Origin: Paramecium tetraurelia
Lineage: Eukaryota
Reading direction: 5' to 3'
DNA length: 64,000 bases
NCBI GenBank assembly: GCA_000165425.1
Contig: CT868030.1
Location: forward strand, 1-64,000
The notes beneath the pieces are model-generated. The model saw only the letters and a list, made by a program, of their open reading frames with translations, was not told where the DNA came from and did no database searches. Positions 1 to 14,366 of the stretch are shown here, in pieces; position 1 is the first letter of the stretch, and each line of letters opens with the position of its first letter. The position numbers and the translations under genes are program-made.

Positions 1-1699
1 TAAAAATTCACTGTACTTTTTAGAAAAAAAATGATGATCTTTCAAATTAATGATGTTTATTTTTAGGTCTCTGAAATTTTTTAAGTAAATAACATTTTAT
101 TTAAATATTAAGAGAATTGAATAAAATGAAGCTGATCATTTTGATGTCTAGAATTTCTATTTTAATTATCTAAATAATTGTTCTACCAACCAAATTTTCA
201 ACAATGCACTTTTAGTAAGTTTAATTTAACACAATCTAAGTTTACATCATTTTCTGACATAAGCTCTTGAAATATAATCTCTAAATCGATATCTTAATTA
301 TAAATTTATTAATCTCATCAATAGTAACATTAAATTGTAGTTTAAATTTGAAAAGAAAGATTGATTTCAATTAATTAATTATTATACTGTTTAATTTAGA
401 GCTTTATTCAATTGAATGAAATTTTTAAATTCTCATTTACTCTTCTTAAAGGTTGTGTTTTGAAATTAAGTTGAGTTACTAAATGTTCAAATTATCAAAT
501 CATAAACTATATAATAATTGCCGATAAAAAAAAGTTCTAAATCAACTAAACGTGCTTTCATCTACTTTCCAAATTAATAATTTGTAAAGAAACACTGAAA
601 ATAAATTTAAAGAACAAATGATAATCCTTGTCTACATATTCTTAATTAGAACTAATTTTATCCTAAGATGTAAGAATATTTATCTTAAATATTCCATAAG
701 AAACTAATTGTTTTTGTAGCTAAAAGAAATGATAAACTTTGAATATTTTGATTTTCCTCTCCTTAGAAAAACACTTAAGTCTGAAACTATTCTCAAATAA
801 AAGAACATCTTAAAAAGATCTGCAATTATAAATCATTAGTCTCACTCAATTTTTCTTATCTCCATGTTTATTTCTGTAAGTACAAACCCTTTTTTGGGTT
901 ATCATATTAATAGTATAATATTAAAAGAGTTTGTACATTATTTGAAAATAGCAATAACAGAATATATACAGATACCCAAACCTAGATAGTTGCTAGTTCC
1001 TTTTAGAGTGGAATACTAGTAGGCATCATACAAAGACAATATCAAGCTAAAATTTTCATCTGGAGATTAGATAAATATCAAAATTGTAAGCAAAAATGCA
1101 CAACTGCCATAATACATTTAATATCCAAGGATACAACTTTAGTTGCCTAAATAAATATTAAATACATTTAGAAGTAATTTAATGTTGATTTTTTGTATAT
1201 GCATTTCATCAAATTTCTACAAATTATTCTCGCTTAAGACAAATAGATGTTATTATTTTATCAAGGAGAGTAACATCAAAGCTTCAATTACATTAGATAT
1301 ACATTGACACCATGGCTCAGGCTCTATGAAATTAATCTAATGAGACTGTTTTACCTTGTTGTTTAAACATCCCATGGCCTTGTTATCCAATGACTTAGAG
1401 TTGCACTGTAAATTATAATACTAATAAGCTCCATCCTAATATTGTTTCACAGTCATGCTCTGTAAATTTACTCTTAAATCAATTTGATGTCATCTATGCT
1501 AACTCTATATTGCTAAATGAAATAGGAGTTAATTTTTAGTTTTGCTAATTTCAAATTGATCTTTCAAATAATACAATAATACTTAGTGATGATTGTACCT
1601 ATTCTCAAAGAGTCTTTCTTCTTTCAGTTCTAGTAGTAACTGGGTTAGTTTATACCTCCTTTAATAGCTATTAGTTTTAAATTCCATTTTCCAGTTTTC

Positions 1700-2900
1700 T
1701 TGGTGAATATAAGAAACTCTCTTAATCGACATCATAAATAGCTACTGACGAGCAACTATTAATAAAGACTAATATTTTGCTTAGCATTAAATTTATTGCA
1801 AATATATTCACATGTTTAACATGAATTTGAATCATCCAGATAGAACCCTCATAAACATTTTAAAGAACTGCCCCGTTTATTGCATCAGGTATAAAAGCTT
1901 AGTTTACATCTACAATTTCGAAGCAAAGCTTGCAATCCTAGTTGATGTGTTTTTTGGGTTGATGCCATTATATTTTATTAGATAATGTTAATAATAATGC
2001 TCATCCTCTTATTTTACTAATAGAATTTGTAAAGCTTATTTTGAAGCATAAATTTTAAACTCTCCAAATATTCTTTTAAGGTCTTCTTCCATGCATCAAA
2101 TGTAGGATGACTATAAGTAATTGTCGAGCTTTTCAAATGGAGAAATCTTTAAAACTTATTTTAAATTACACTTTCAAGTTATGTATTAAAAAGGATTTCA
2201 TGAAGTTTTTGAGGCGTCAGAACATCTCAAGTCTATGTTTGTCTAGCTATTTCAATAAGCAAGCTATGCTCCTTAATATAATCCAGAGAAACAGAAAGAT
2301 ATTCATCATATTCAGGATCAGCTCATCCTTTTGCATGTTAATCTTAAGAGTCTTTAAATCTAAGCATAAGCACATAATGTATTTTTTTTGATAAAATTTC
2401 CAGTACAGTTTTAGAAAATGAGCCTTAATCATTATATGTGCATCATATTAGGCAGCTATCATAAATTCCTCCTACAGTTTCTGTCAGCATCATATTTTTC
2501 AAAGTAGTAGTTTATCCATCTACAAATACATATAGAGTGCATTATCTTTCATATGCTGGATATAATAATTAATTTGAGAACTGAGAGTTTTGATTTCTAC
2601 AATGAAAACTAGAAGATGCAGAATATTAAAGTCCATTAATTTCAAGAGCTTCATATATGCATCACGAGTAATCGTTGCTAGAATTACATGATCAACGCTT
2701 ATCAGAATATTTAGTAGAGTATTGAAGTAATATAAGTACAGATTTTTCAAGATAAAAGAAACAGTTACTATTGTCAACATCATAGCCATCAAGACGTTAT
2801 GAATTTACAATTGCATTTCCTGAGCATTTGAAACAAAAGCCCTATTTTAAATCTTCATTGTAAATGTGATACAAGACCTAAATTTTCTGCTTGTAAAAAT
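1700..2900 (-). pseudogene. Decayed cysteine-rich (furin-like repeat) surface protein fragment
   Basis: Minus strand gives ...QDCKLCFEIV...(frameshift)...KCL*GFYLDDSNSCQTCEYIC, with scattered in-frame TGA and frameshifts. Boundaries are approximate. Confidence 0.55.
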
Positions 2901-3899
2901 TAACTGTTCAGTAAAGACCAGATATCAAATATCTAGGAATACAGCCTAAATATTATTGCACAATTTGTAGCTAAACAATTACATTTTACCACAAAGACAA
3001 TTCTATTGCTTTTAATCTAATTTCAGCAGGAAAAATAACTAACAACAAAATTATACATAGAGATAAAAAGTCATGAATATTATGATCATTGCAGCTAGTA
3101 GGTTATCTTTATAATTCTGTAGGACAATATCAATAAATGCAACTTAAATTGAATACAATCTAAACACATGTAACCAAATAGTTGCAACAAGCTATAAATG
3201 GTTTGCTGCTGTCAAAACTTTAGTCATCCTAAACTGGAAATATAAAAGAATTTGGACATAATTATTCACTCATGACAAATGACTGCAAGATCCCAGAACT
3301 TCTCCATATTTTAAAAAAATGAAATACGGCAGATGTTTAACGCTATGTAATAGGGAAGTCTCAAAAACATTGTCCAGATATATTTAAAGAATTGCTAAAA
3401 CAGGCCGTCAAATTTCAATAAAATTTAGCACAGAATTGTGCTGAAAAATATGAAAGCTCTAACAAAGAAATTATAGAGGAGTGCTTGAACTATATATATT
3501 TTGATCAGTAGGACATGGAGGTATAAGACAGATTCACATCATGTTGTATGATTTAGACTTATTTTAATGGGTCAACAATAGAAGCAAGAATTAGTACATT
3601 AACTGCTGTCATTACACTTATGTCCTAATACACAAGAAGAATATTAGGAAAAAAATTACGCAATTTCCTAAGTATACAAGCTAAACTACAATTCTAATAT
3701 TGTATTTGAATATATAAACAACATTCAGATACACTAGACGTATGACCAAGTACAATTAATGCAACAACTATGATATTATGAATAATTTTAAAAGTTTGTT
3801 TCAAACTTAATTTGCATAATTTAAAGCAATGTTACTATTATTACCTCACAACAACGAAAAAAACAAGAAGCACATATTATAGAGCAAACAAACACAGGG

Positions 3900-4980
3900 T
3901 AAAATGTGCAAGGAGCAGCCAATATTGTAGCTAGATCAACTACTAGCGCACAAAAATAAATAACAATTCAAAGAATTAATTGAAGCATTAACAAGAAAAC
4001 CATTATAATCAGTACATTCAATAGCCGATTATAATTATTACAAGGTTGCAAAATTAAACAATATCCAGATTGCATCTTGAATTTATCATTAGTACACACA
4101 ATTATAGTTGCTTGTACACTTAATAATGTACTGTACTGTTATTGACAATGTTGTAAAGTCAGAAAGTATAGCTATTCTTAAAAGAATATTCAAGGGTGAA
4201 AGTTGTGTAAATTCTTAGATCATAACATATAGTTTATTGAGATAGTCATTAAGAACAAGCAATTCTAGATTCTCTGCAACTCTTAGAAGTTGAGATGAAG
4301 CTTGAAGTACAGAAAGAATAATTAGCATATTTTTTTAACAGATTGTTTAAAATGCATTACAAGCTTGTCGAGTCATTAAGCCAGCATCGAGAACTAATTT
4401 CAACAGTTGTAGAGATTATCTTACAAATAGTTCAATATTGAGTGCAATCAGTACCAATAACATACAGCATATAGAGAAATGTATTTCCTATAAGTGTTTA
4501 CATTGAACTTACATCCAGATATACACATTGACAACAAATGTTTATGGGATAGGAAATATGTATTTATAAGATTTGAGAGTAATAAGTAATGAAAATAACA
4601 TGAATACTTGTGGATCAAATATTCATGTACATTTCTGCTTTTATATTACTTTGAAGCCATTAATGTTTGTAATTACAGTGCCCTTTAACTTATTGTCAAT
4701 AGTATTTTCTGGTTTTTTGTCATTATATTTACGAATGCAACATTTAAATTTTGCCAGTATTAACAACACATTCCATAATAGGCGAAGCTAAAGGTAAATA
4801 ATTAAAAAGCCTTAAATAACCTACAAATAGTATTTTTAAGCAATCTCAACAAACCTACTATATATATAGATTTGGATTTCGATAAAATCCATCATCGCAA
4901 GTAGGCTCAAACATTCATAGGGTGGGGCAAGGAGTTGGAATAATTAGTTTATCTTTATTATTACCAACAGTAGTATTATG
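3900..4980 (-). pseudogene. Decayed cysteine-rich protein fragment
   Basis: Minus-strand remnants such as GTDCTQY*TICK...SCRESRIACSQ*LSQQTICY and PTPCPTL*MFEPTCDDGFY are interrupted by TGA. Confidence 0.4.
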
Positions 4981-7269
4981 AGATAATTAGCTGAAAGCAA
5001 GTATTAATAAAAGAGCTTAGCTTGTAATAACAGGACGATATTTTCACAACTGATATTAGAATTGCTGTCTAAGGTTGAACAAGATGTAATGAATGTAGAA
5101 ACATTATATGTTAGGCACTAATTAATGAAGATCCTGATTCAGTTTAATTATCAGTACATAATGCATAGAAGCAGTTCTAATTAACATCACAAAAATATGA
5201 ACTATAAAATCATAAGTTGACTTTTCACATACTGTTTGCCTATTTATATTTTAATTCATTTGGTATTCTCTCTTTATTTACCCATTACTTGCTTGAAATC
5301 GTTACTCCTAAATTTAATACTGAATATTGAGCCTGTGCTTAAGTTCGAAAAGTATTCAAGCTTACTGTTAAGTAGGCTTAGGAACATTTTGCACAAAAGG
5401 TATGCAATAAATAGTAAATAGTACTATTTAAAATGAGATTTTAACATAAAGCCAAAGTAAAACTGATTACAAAAATGGATCAATATTTATCCTATCCAAC
5501 CCTAACAGTAACAAGCTGATAAAATCGTTTGCAAATAATACACAATGGTGGTTTTCGATCTTTTTAGAAATAGTTTTTATGTTGATAAAAGAGAGCCATA
5601 TTACAACTTTTTGTGGCTTCGGCTTCCGCTAGTAATAGTGTTATCAATCCATTTTGCACTAGATCATATGCTGCACCAAACATCTCAAGACTTAGAGATA
5701 TAATAAACAATTGGGGGCTATCAAAATTAGATAAATGATTAGTACTAATTTACTTGTTTAACTCACTGAGAAATATCAAAGACAAAAAGAATTTGATATA
5801 TAATAATAATTTGATAGCATAACTGAAATTTTTTATTATATTTGGAGTATACGATAGTTAATATAAAGCATTTAGATGATTGCCCTATTACTAAGTTATA
5901 ATATAATTTGCAAGGCTCAAAGATGAAAAATATTTTGCCATCCACATAGATTTATATAAAGGTTGACACTATTAAGAAAACGAATTAAATGCAGCTTTGT
6001 GCTAGCAATACATAAAAACACTTAATTGTCACTTTGCAACATAAGTTATATGAATAAGGTAGTTTTATATAACAATGAAGCCATTAGCTAATTAAAAGAT
6101 CGATAGAAATTTACACTTTCACACAACACTACTACACAAGTGGCTCATTTAGTTGAATTTCCAACCAATTTAAATTTATTAATTTTCAGAGAATGCTAGC
6201 AGATAAACTTATAATTAATGATATCACAGTTCGAATTCTGAAACTTAAACCTTATGATATATTGTCATTAATTGATGATACTGACGAATGAGTAATCAAA
6301 AATTATAATAATTGTTTAGAATGTGTTTAAGAATGTAAAAATTACAATAAAAATAGCAGAAATGTTATTTTCATTAGCATAAGTTCAATCGAATTAAGCT
6401 TACCATATGAAAATTTTAAACCAGTTAGTTATCTTTAAATTGATGAATTTAATCACTTTTATTGAGGGTCTCTAATTCCATTATGATCTAATGAGTCAAT
6501 TTAATATTGCGGACAAATTACTTCATGATATTTAGATGATCAATATACTCATGTGACTATAAAGGAAGAATTTTATATTATCTAAAATAATTAGCATCAA
6601 ATCTATAGATTAACAATAGGCTCAGTTAACAATTATGTCGACAAGAAAATCATTTGACTAACTTCAATGAAATCGCATAATGTCATTAGCATTGATATTT
6701 TACCAGCGAATGCAGAGATGGTAATTTCACGAAGGGGAGCTCTAATCAATGAGAAGAATTAATCGCTATGGATGAATCCTAATTCCAATTGTATTAAGTA
6801 TCTAAATCTTTACATGAGATGAATATTTAAGTATCTTTTCTATGATTCTGAATCTTTTTGGTACCATTAAATTGACAAATAATACCTCCTGAGCTAACTT
6901 CAATTGTAATATTTCTCTTAGTTGAAAAGTTTACTATTATATCACTTGTTGTTTATTCAAAAGTGTATGCAACCATTGGAGTCAAAGTATATCTTTCAAT
7001 AGTAACAATAAAACTATGTTGACTTGTGATTTCTGAATAATTTACTCTTGATGACCTGGAATTGGAATCATTTCTATGCACTTCAACTAATGATAAAGAA
7101 AATTAAGAGTTATCAACTTAAGTAGCATTCATATCGGAACAAGTCTTTTTTTTAATTTTAAATTCCAAAACAATAGGTTCAAAGATATAATATGTAGGTT
7201 TTGAAACCCAAAAAATAGTGGGAAAACGACCAGAATTGGTTTACAATCTAATTTATTGAACACCTAATT

Positions 7270-7417
7270 TTGCAACAAAATCCTTCAAAATGTCTCGTTG
7301 ATTCACAGGATGTACAATAAATTGCAGTGTTTTAACAAGTTAAACATGAAATTTAGCACTTCTGACAATCAGGAGAGATTCCATCATCAAAATATCCAGG
7401 CAAACAAATACAAAAAG
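7270..7417 (-). pseudogene. Furin-like / growth-factor-receptor Cys-rich repeat remnant
   Basis: FCICLPGYFDDGISPDCQKCQISCLTCQNTAIYCTSCESTRH is a well-formed repeat, but the flanking sequence loses the cysteine pattern. Confidence 0.7.
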
Positions 7418-9119
7418 TAATTATGATAAGGCTGGTTAACTGATTGAATGTAGAGGAGGAGGACATTCTCATGCACCTGGAATGCATCCTCATCCTTGTA
7501 CTTGTAATGTGATAATGTGGATTTAGAATTTAACCCTTGTTGTCAATCAGTTAAAGAACCTAAAATGATCATACTTAATGGAAATGAAGCGTTATGCCAT
7601 CCGAGACTTCAAGAATATATAGCATCGCCACTTCAATACTTTGAATAGGTGTTATTCTGTTAGAATAAAGCAATAATCTATGAGTATTCAGAAAATACCG
7701 ATTTAGTTCCTTTCATGTTTATTTGTGTTTGATAACTATCTTATAGCTTAGAGGTCTGGAGATATTCTTAAGTGCTAATATTGTTCTGCTTATAAAACCG
7801 GTGAGAGATGTTTACCATCACTTGGTACTTTAAATCCATATTTTCATATGTCAATCATGTTACAAAACCGTTTTAATCTTCTGAGAATTAATAAATAAGA
7901 ATAATAATATTAATGTTGATGTAAGCATCACTTTTTGTTTGTCTTTGAATGCTTCACATTCTATATTTATAAGGTTTTTTGTTCTTTTAGCAATTTATTT
8001 TATTTAAACTTGCATGCATTTTGTTTTTTTTGAATACAACTTTATATCTAATTATGAATTGGTTATATTTTTTAGATAAACTTAAGTGTAAAATATCATA
8101 ATTCTAATGGATTTATGCATCCCATACATTTATTTTAGCTATAATTTTATTTGAATAAGATGTTTACTTTTCTGCAAAACCTAAAGTTTACAATCTGAAG
8201 ATTTCTCAATTATCTCAAAATGAGATTGAGGAATAAATTAAAAAGGCTCCATTATACTAACAGCTTGTACAAATTAATTGATGATTAGGATCTTGTTGCT
8301 AGCATTTTTCCATCATACGAATACCATACTTACAATAGGCTCCCTTATTAATCAAGATAATAAAGAAATTAAACATTAGTAAAGTCTTAAGCTTTCCGAA
8401 ATTTAAGCTAATTATAGACTCCTTCAGATACTAAGATTTCATTATCTTTTGAGAAAGCATCTTCCAAGATAGATTTAGATTATGCTGTAAATTTTGTACT
8501 AAGTAATTAGATATAGTATTAATTTTTTTTTGTAAAAGAATAATGTAGAGAGTTTAATATGCTCCACACTCCTCAATAATTACAAGACCAGATACCTCAA
8601 TTTAATTATGAATCAGAAAATTTGTACTTTCTACTTGTGCATGGAGTGTAGTTCTAACAACAAAGTCTGTTTTTTATTAGCATTACAGTACTAGACATAA
8701 ATCAAGATTACATTATCTCACTCTTAACTGCTAATATGGGTTTTGCAGAGTTAAGTTATGCGAGTATTAAGCAATTATCATAAGGTGATATTAGGAGAAT
8801 AACAACACTTTATAGGTGTAAAGAATCCTTTTCATGTAAGTAACAGTAACATTACCATTGCAAAACTAAGATATATTGGAAATTTATTCATATGATTTAA
8901 TATTAGGGAAACAGAGACTGAACAAAAAGTTCTCGATTTTCACTGTTGCGTCTAGTCAAGCACAATTAAAGTTGAGATTAAGGGTGAGGTAACTAAATTT
9001 AGAAATGCTATGAATGCAATATATGCTCTAAATTTCCTTTTTACAATTAAATACATACAAGGTTGTTATTATATTAATATAACAAATTTATATATTTGCT
9101 GGGGAGGTAAATATGTAAT

Positions 9120-9200
9120 ATTTGCATTCCATCATATTCAATCTGATTGCCATCATCACAGTCTTCTCCCTTTTCCATAATCTTATCTCCACACACTTAT
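9120..9200 (-). pseudogene. Myxococcus-type Cys-rich repeat (DUF4215-like) remnant
   Basis: VCGDKIMEKGEDCDDGNQIEYDG; the expected following Cys codon (tgc) is displaced by one extra base. Confidence 0.65.
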
Positions 9201-10751
9201 TCTTCTTAAGTATATTCAGCAATGTTATGTTATAGACATTCATTAAAAATATAACTACTTTCTAAGCTAAACCACACATCCCTAAATTGCAGAATAATCA
9301 ATTTAATCAATAGGTTAATTCGTATTTTACTGATTTAATTCCTCGCTCGATTACTTTACTCCATTACTTTAGCAACTCTCATCATAAACATAAAATATAT
9401 CATCCACATTGAAGATGATTTCCAAAATAAAAGCTTAATTTGAAAAAGAAAAGAGATTTCTATAAATTTGTGACAATTTAATTCTAGTAACTGTTAGTAC
9501 ACAAAAAAATTGATTATTTTTGAGTCTGGAAAATTTAAAATGTGAAAATAATCGATCCCTTATAGGGTTATTCATCCATAAAGAAATTTTGATCTAAATA
9601 TTCACCTAAATCTAACATTTATATGGACCAGGAGCAGGATTTATGTGACTGGATCTATTACTGCGAAATCTATTTCTAATTGTTTAGCTCAAGCACTTAA
9701 AGAATATATACGCTTTTAGTTTCGAGTATTTGTTATCAATCATAAAGAGCTACCCCTGTGCCAAGAATTTCATAATTAGTTGTGCGAATAAAGCTTTTAA
9801 TTACCTCAGGCGTACTATAAAATTTGGTTCCACCAAATCTACAAACCTCTTTTGAAAATCTGCCTGACCAAAACTTTCATCTTAACTAAAGGCTTATCAA
9901 AACTTGTCATATTAATATTTTTTGGTTAAATGACTTTATCAAATCTAAATGAACATTTAATAATTAAAGGATACAAACACGTTTGTTCATTGTCCATTCA
10001 AATCTATAATGGTAGGTGGTTAAATTTAGAAAGGATTATATTTTCGAATACAGTTGAATTTACACAAATTCCATTCAAACCAATTTAAGATTAATTCTTA
10101 GATGTAAGTTTTCGAAAAGATGGTAATGCAATCAAATTGGAATTAGGATTTGAAAATAAATGAGCAAGACTTCGAAATTGAGAAGAAAATTTCTCTAAAA
10201 ATCTTTATTAATTTATTTAGAAATTATGATAATTTTTATATATAATCTATACCAATATCCTGAATTTATAAAATTCAATAATGTGAAACTTTTAGAAGTA
10301 TTTACATTAATGATTATAATCATTTATATTGTTATTTAAAATAATTACTCAATATTACACTGTTTAATTCTTAAATTCAAATAAATTATTTTCGAAGAGC
10401 AATTTTTGAAACTGTGTAACATTTAACGACTAAATAATTCTTTTAAAATTAATGATAAAATAATTTTAAAAAATTGACTAATTATGATGAGATTGAATGA
10501 ATACATTATTAATAAAATGAATTGAGTCATTTGTTCTAAAATTTAATTATTATTAATTTTAATTCGTTTCAAATAAATTAATTAAAATTAAATAGTTAGT
10601 CATCGATCTACTTTAAAAAGGTACCAGAAGAAATTTCTCTTATAACATAAAATTGTCTACTTCATTTAGTTAATTCTTTCTAATATGTTGAATGATATAA
10701 ATTTGGTTAGATTCTCATATAAATTTTATCAGTCTATATTATCAAATCTTT

Positions 10752-11873
10752 ATGGAATAGATTGGAAATACTTCAAAATAATTAGTTTCTCATAGAAAAA
10801 TAGATGATTGTGTAAAATTGATAATGGATCTTTATTTTAATATTCCATCTCACTATAAACTTTAATTTTCCATAAAAAAATTCATAAATATTAATAAATC
10901 TATATAATGTCTTAACTGTAATATCAATCCTCTGGAGATTCTCCCATTGTGGCGTTTTAAGAAGATAATGGTGAACTTGATTCCTTTTTTGCCAAAATGA
11001 AGAGTGTGGGTTGGAATTAGGCTTCCTTTGATGAAGAGCATTAAAAATTAGCAACTTACAATGAAATCATGATATTTTTTGTTAAAGTCTTTGTCTTATT
11101 GGCGTTAATGCTCACTACTTTTTATGTGATGGCTTTTATTTTTTTGGTTAAAAAGGTACAAATAATAAAAAATGGCGAAATTGTTCAATATCATTTTATT
11201 ATTTATATATTAAGCTGTGTAATTACTATATTAATGGGAAGGTGGGCTTATTTTAGTGAAAGTTCTAGAAAGGTATAAATGATAAATTTAATTAGTTTCC
11301 CTTAAATATTTTTTGTTATCTTTTTTTCACTTCAGGTGCAGCCTATGTATTTGGTTAGCCTCTATCATTGATCTTATAAGGTGGGTACTATTCAGGCTAA
11401 GATTGGATAATACTACTATATTTATCTACTATGACTTTAGGAACTTATTTATGCATAATAATTTTCACATTTTGTAGATAAACTCCATAAAAACCCTATA
11501 GTATTAGTTTGTAATATAATAAGTAATTATATTCTCAGTTGTTGGTGTGATGATATTTCTGTTATTTATATTTCTTTTGACTGCTCCTTATTATCTTGGC
11601 CTATTAGTAGCGAGTTTTGCTTGCCATGTACTCTATGGATGCCTTCTTGTTATTGATATAAAATTGATAACTTAAGGAAAAGTATTAATTTAACTATGAA
11701 AGTTCTCACTGAGAACAAATTAGTATGTTTCCGGAGCTCTCTACTTGTACTTAGATATAACCTTCATGATTTTTTATTTTATTGGTTGCATATTGGCTCC
11801 TTTTGGAAAATGCTGTGTTTTTATGGGACAATGCTGTGAAATTTGTTGCAGAATTATTCCTCATAAACATTGA
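10752..11873 (+). CDS. Bax inhibitor-1 / TMBIM (Lifeguard-like) multi-pass membrane protein
   Basis: Several hydrophobic helices; RK^FPLNIFCYLFFT, LYGCLLVIDIKLI and YVSGALYLYLDIT family motifs; three tiny introns (e.g. 11682-11702). The start codon is uncertain. Confidence 0.8.
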
Positions 11874-12489
11874 TTCATAGTTATTTAAAATATATTAATT
11901 TATAAGATTATTTAATCTAATATGATCAGTTTAATAATAGCTCTAAATATAAATCTACTATTTATGAGAAAACTGTTAAGAAATTTGAGTGAATAAGTTA
12001 CAAATATAATTTAATGTTCTAATTTTAATATCACCTTAGATTATATAATATTATAAAGAGACTAAGTGAATAATTTAATTGAAGTCTCAACTCTTTTACT
12101 TATTGTCTTTTCATCATTTTGACTCAGTAGAAATTTAGATAAATTAACAGAGAGTCGAGTAAAGAATAGAATGGAAACATATATAATATTTGAATAGATA
12201 GATGTGAGATTTAGAATTCCATCACGATAGTAGAGTAGGGGCGATATTCCTAAAATATCGCATAATTGGATGGAGACTACACTTCAGCTTCTGCTACTAC
12301 TGCTAAAAATGGTAAATGGGATATCTAATACAAAGTTTCCTTAGGATTAGTATTTTGAAAATTTACTTCCTAATCGAATGTTAAATGAACTACAGCAATA
12401 ACACACATTCATTAATTATTTTGGGACTCTATATTTAATGAAAAAGATACTATTATTATACATTTTTTATTTTAAATTTAATAAAATAA

Positions 12490-13308
12490 ATGGATTTAGC
12501 TTTGTTAATGGGTTTGCTAGGTTTTGAAACAGCCAGAACTTCTAAATTAAGATATCTTCTACCAAGAATTTAATGCTCTGGTTCGACTGCTTTTAGAGAT
12601 GCAGTTATACAAGGTAACGAACTAATGTTGAAGCTTTTCTCATTGTTTGTAAAAGAAGGACTACATGATAAATTTTAAATTGTTCACGTTGTACTTACAG
12701 ACGGTGATGATTGTGCCTCACAAACAAGCCATTAAGACTTCTTAAAATATCAACTTTATTTATATAGCTAGCTTCCTCCATAAATGTTAAAAACATTTTA
12801 TATTGGTGTAAATTTAGAAAATAATTCAACTGTGAGACAATAAATGAAACAAATTATTGACTGCAGTTGTGAATCAGCTTAATATTATTCAATTAATAGC
12901 AATGGAATAAATGAAATATTTTAAAAGATACAAATGTAGATAGGAATTGAAGTGTAACAAAGAGGTCTGGTAATGAAAAATGAGCACATGACAATTGGAT
13001 TAATGTAAGAGAAATATAGACCTGTGGTATAAATCACAGTTAATAATTATATTGTGATTTTCACATTAGATATTTCTGGTTCAATGGAAAATAATTGGCC
13101 AAAAGTTTGTGGTGCAGTCAGTGGATTTTTAGATAATCTTGGAGAGAATGATTTAGTTTTGGGAATTACATTCAATAATCAAGTAAATATTATTACGAAA
13201 CCGCAATTGGAAAATAGAATTTAGAATTCTCCTCCTCCTCGTCCTCATCTTCCATAAAGTTATTCCAATGGCCCAGATGAAGGTTACTATTGTTGTAATA
13301 TTTTCTGA
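12490..13308 (+). CDS. vWA-domain protein (permuted motif order) with C-terminal CaaX box
   Basis: Intronless 272-aa ORF in the ciliate code: GSTAFRDAV, VVLTDGDD, FTLDISGSM; ends YYCCNIF*. Confidence 0.85.
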
Positions 13309-14366
13309 ATTATCTATTCATAAATATTAAATCGTAAATTAATTAATTATTTTACTAAAATCTACCTAAATCTACATCAGATAATTAAAATGACTCTTTA
13401 TGTAACTTAAGGATTACTTAAAAACAATTCAATATTTTAGCATAAATTTGTTCTTAACTTTTCCTTTATGACCAACTTCAAAATACAATTGTAATAACAG
13501 CAATAAACACTTATTCAATTATGTGTTCTTTCATAAGTTATCTATCTATTAATTCGTTCAAAAATATTGATTATCCATTATCCTCGAAAATTAAATTGAA
13601 ACCATTTTTCATTTTAAAAATGCAGAATTTTTTAATTAATCTATTCTTATATCTTACCATCTAAATATAAAAATTGATACCTGAATTAATAGTTTTTAAT
13701 TTCAGTCACTAATCTAACATTCATTTAATTTATCATAGTGTGTAATTAAAATTTGCTATGGTATTTATTAAGCTGATAATTTTAATTTAATTATTTTTTG
13801 AGACTACTCCTCTTAAAAGTCATTCATCAATGAATCAAAAGGAAATTATTATAATCGAGCCTATAAATTGCATTAATAATAATCTAAAAAATAGAGAAGG
13901 TGAAAATGAGACACTATAAAATTTGCTCAATATATATTTAAATAAAAAAGTAAATTCCTAATATATTACACCCATAAAATTATATCGATCTTTTCTGATA
14001 TGATTGATATAGAATTATTTTTATAATGCTGTTTTAAATTAATACAAACTTTAATTATTTATATGAAATAAGATAAATCTTATGTCTAAATAAAAATCTA
14101 CTCAATAACAAAACTTAATCATTAATATATTTTAGAATTCAATCCGAATAGAAACCTTAGGCAATTTTATCATGAATACAAATAGTATCTTACAAGATGC
14201 AAAACTGGATTTGTAAGCATAAGCTCATATAGGGATAGAATTTTTCAAATCACAAATAAATATCTTAATTCTTTAATACTGATACCAAGTTATTTATAAA
14301 CATTTAAACTTTCCAATTAGTATCTATAATTTATATATTATTTTTAGTGATTTATTATTAATAATT

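Noticed and set aside
881..1960. Isolated TTTGGG hexamers (~893, ~1953) as telomeric repeats
   Set aside because: Single copies only; there is no tandem TT(T/G)GGG array.
6075..6885. Long frame with periodic in-frame TGA suggesting TGA read as Trp/Cys/Sec
   Set aside because: TGA density (about 2-3% of codons) is close to what unselected AT-rich DNA gives. All intact genes use TGA as stop and no SECIS was evident, so decay explains it better.
9500..10200. Possible SHIPPO/ODF3-like gene (NPAPGPY motif) on the minus strand
   Set aside because: Only one motif-like stretch, and the frame is broken; not enough for a call.
12241..12261. Perfect 8-bp hairpin GCGATATT-cctaa-AATATCGC
   Set aside because: A single short inverted repeat is expected by chance in 64 kb; no target-site duplication or element context.
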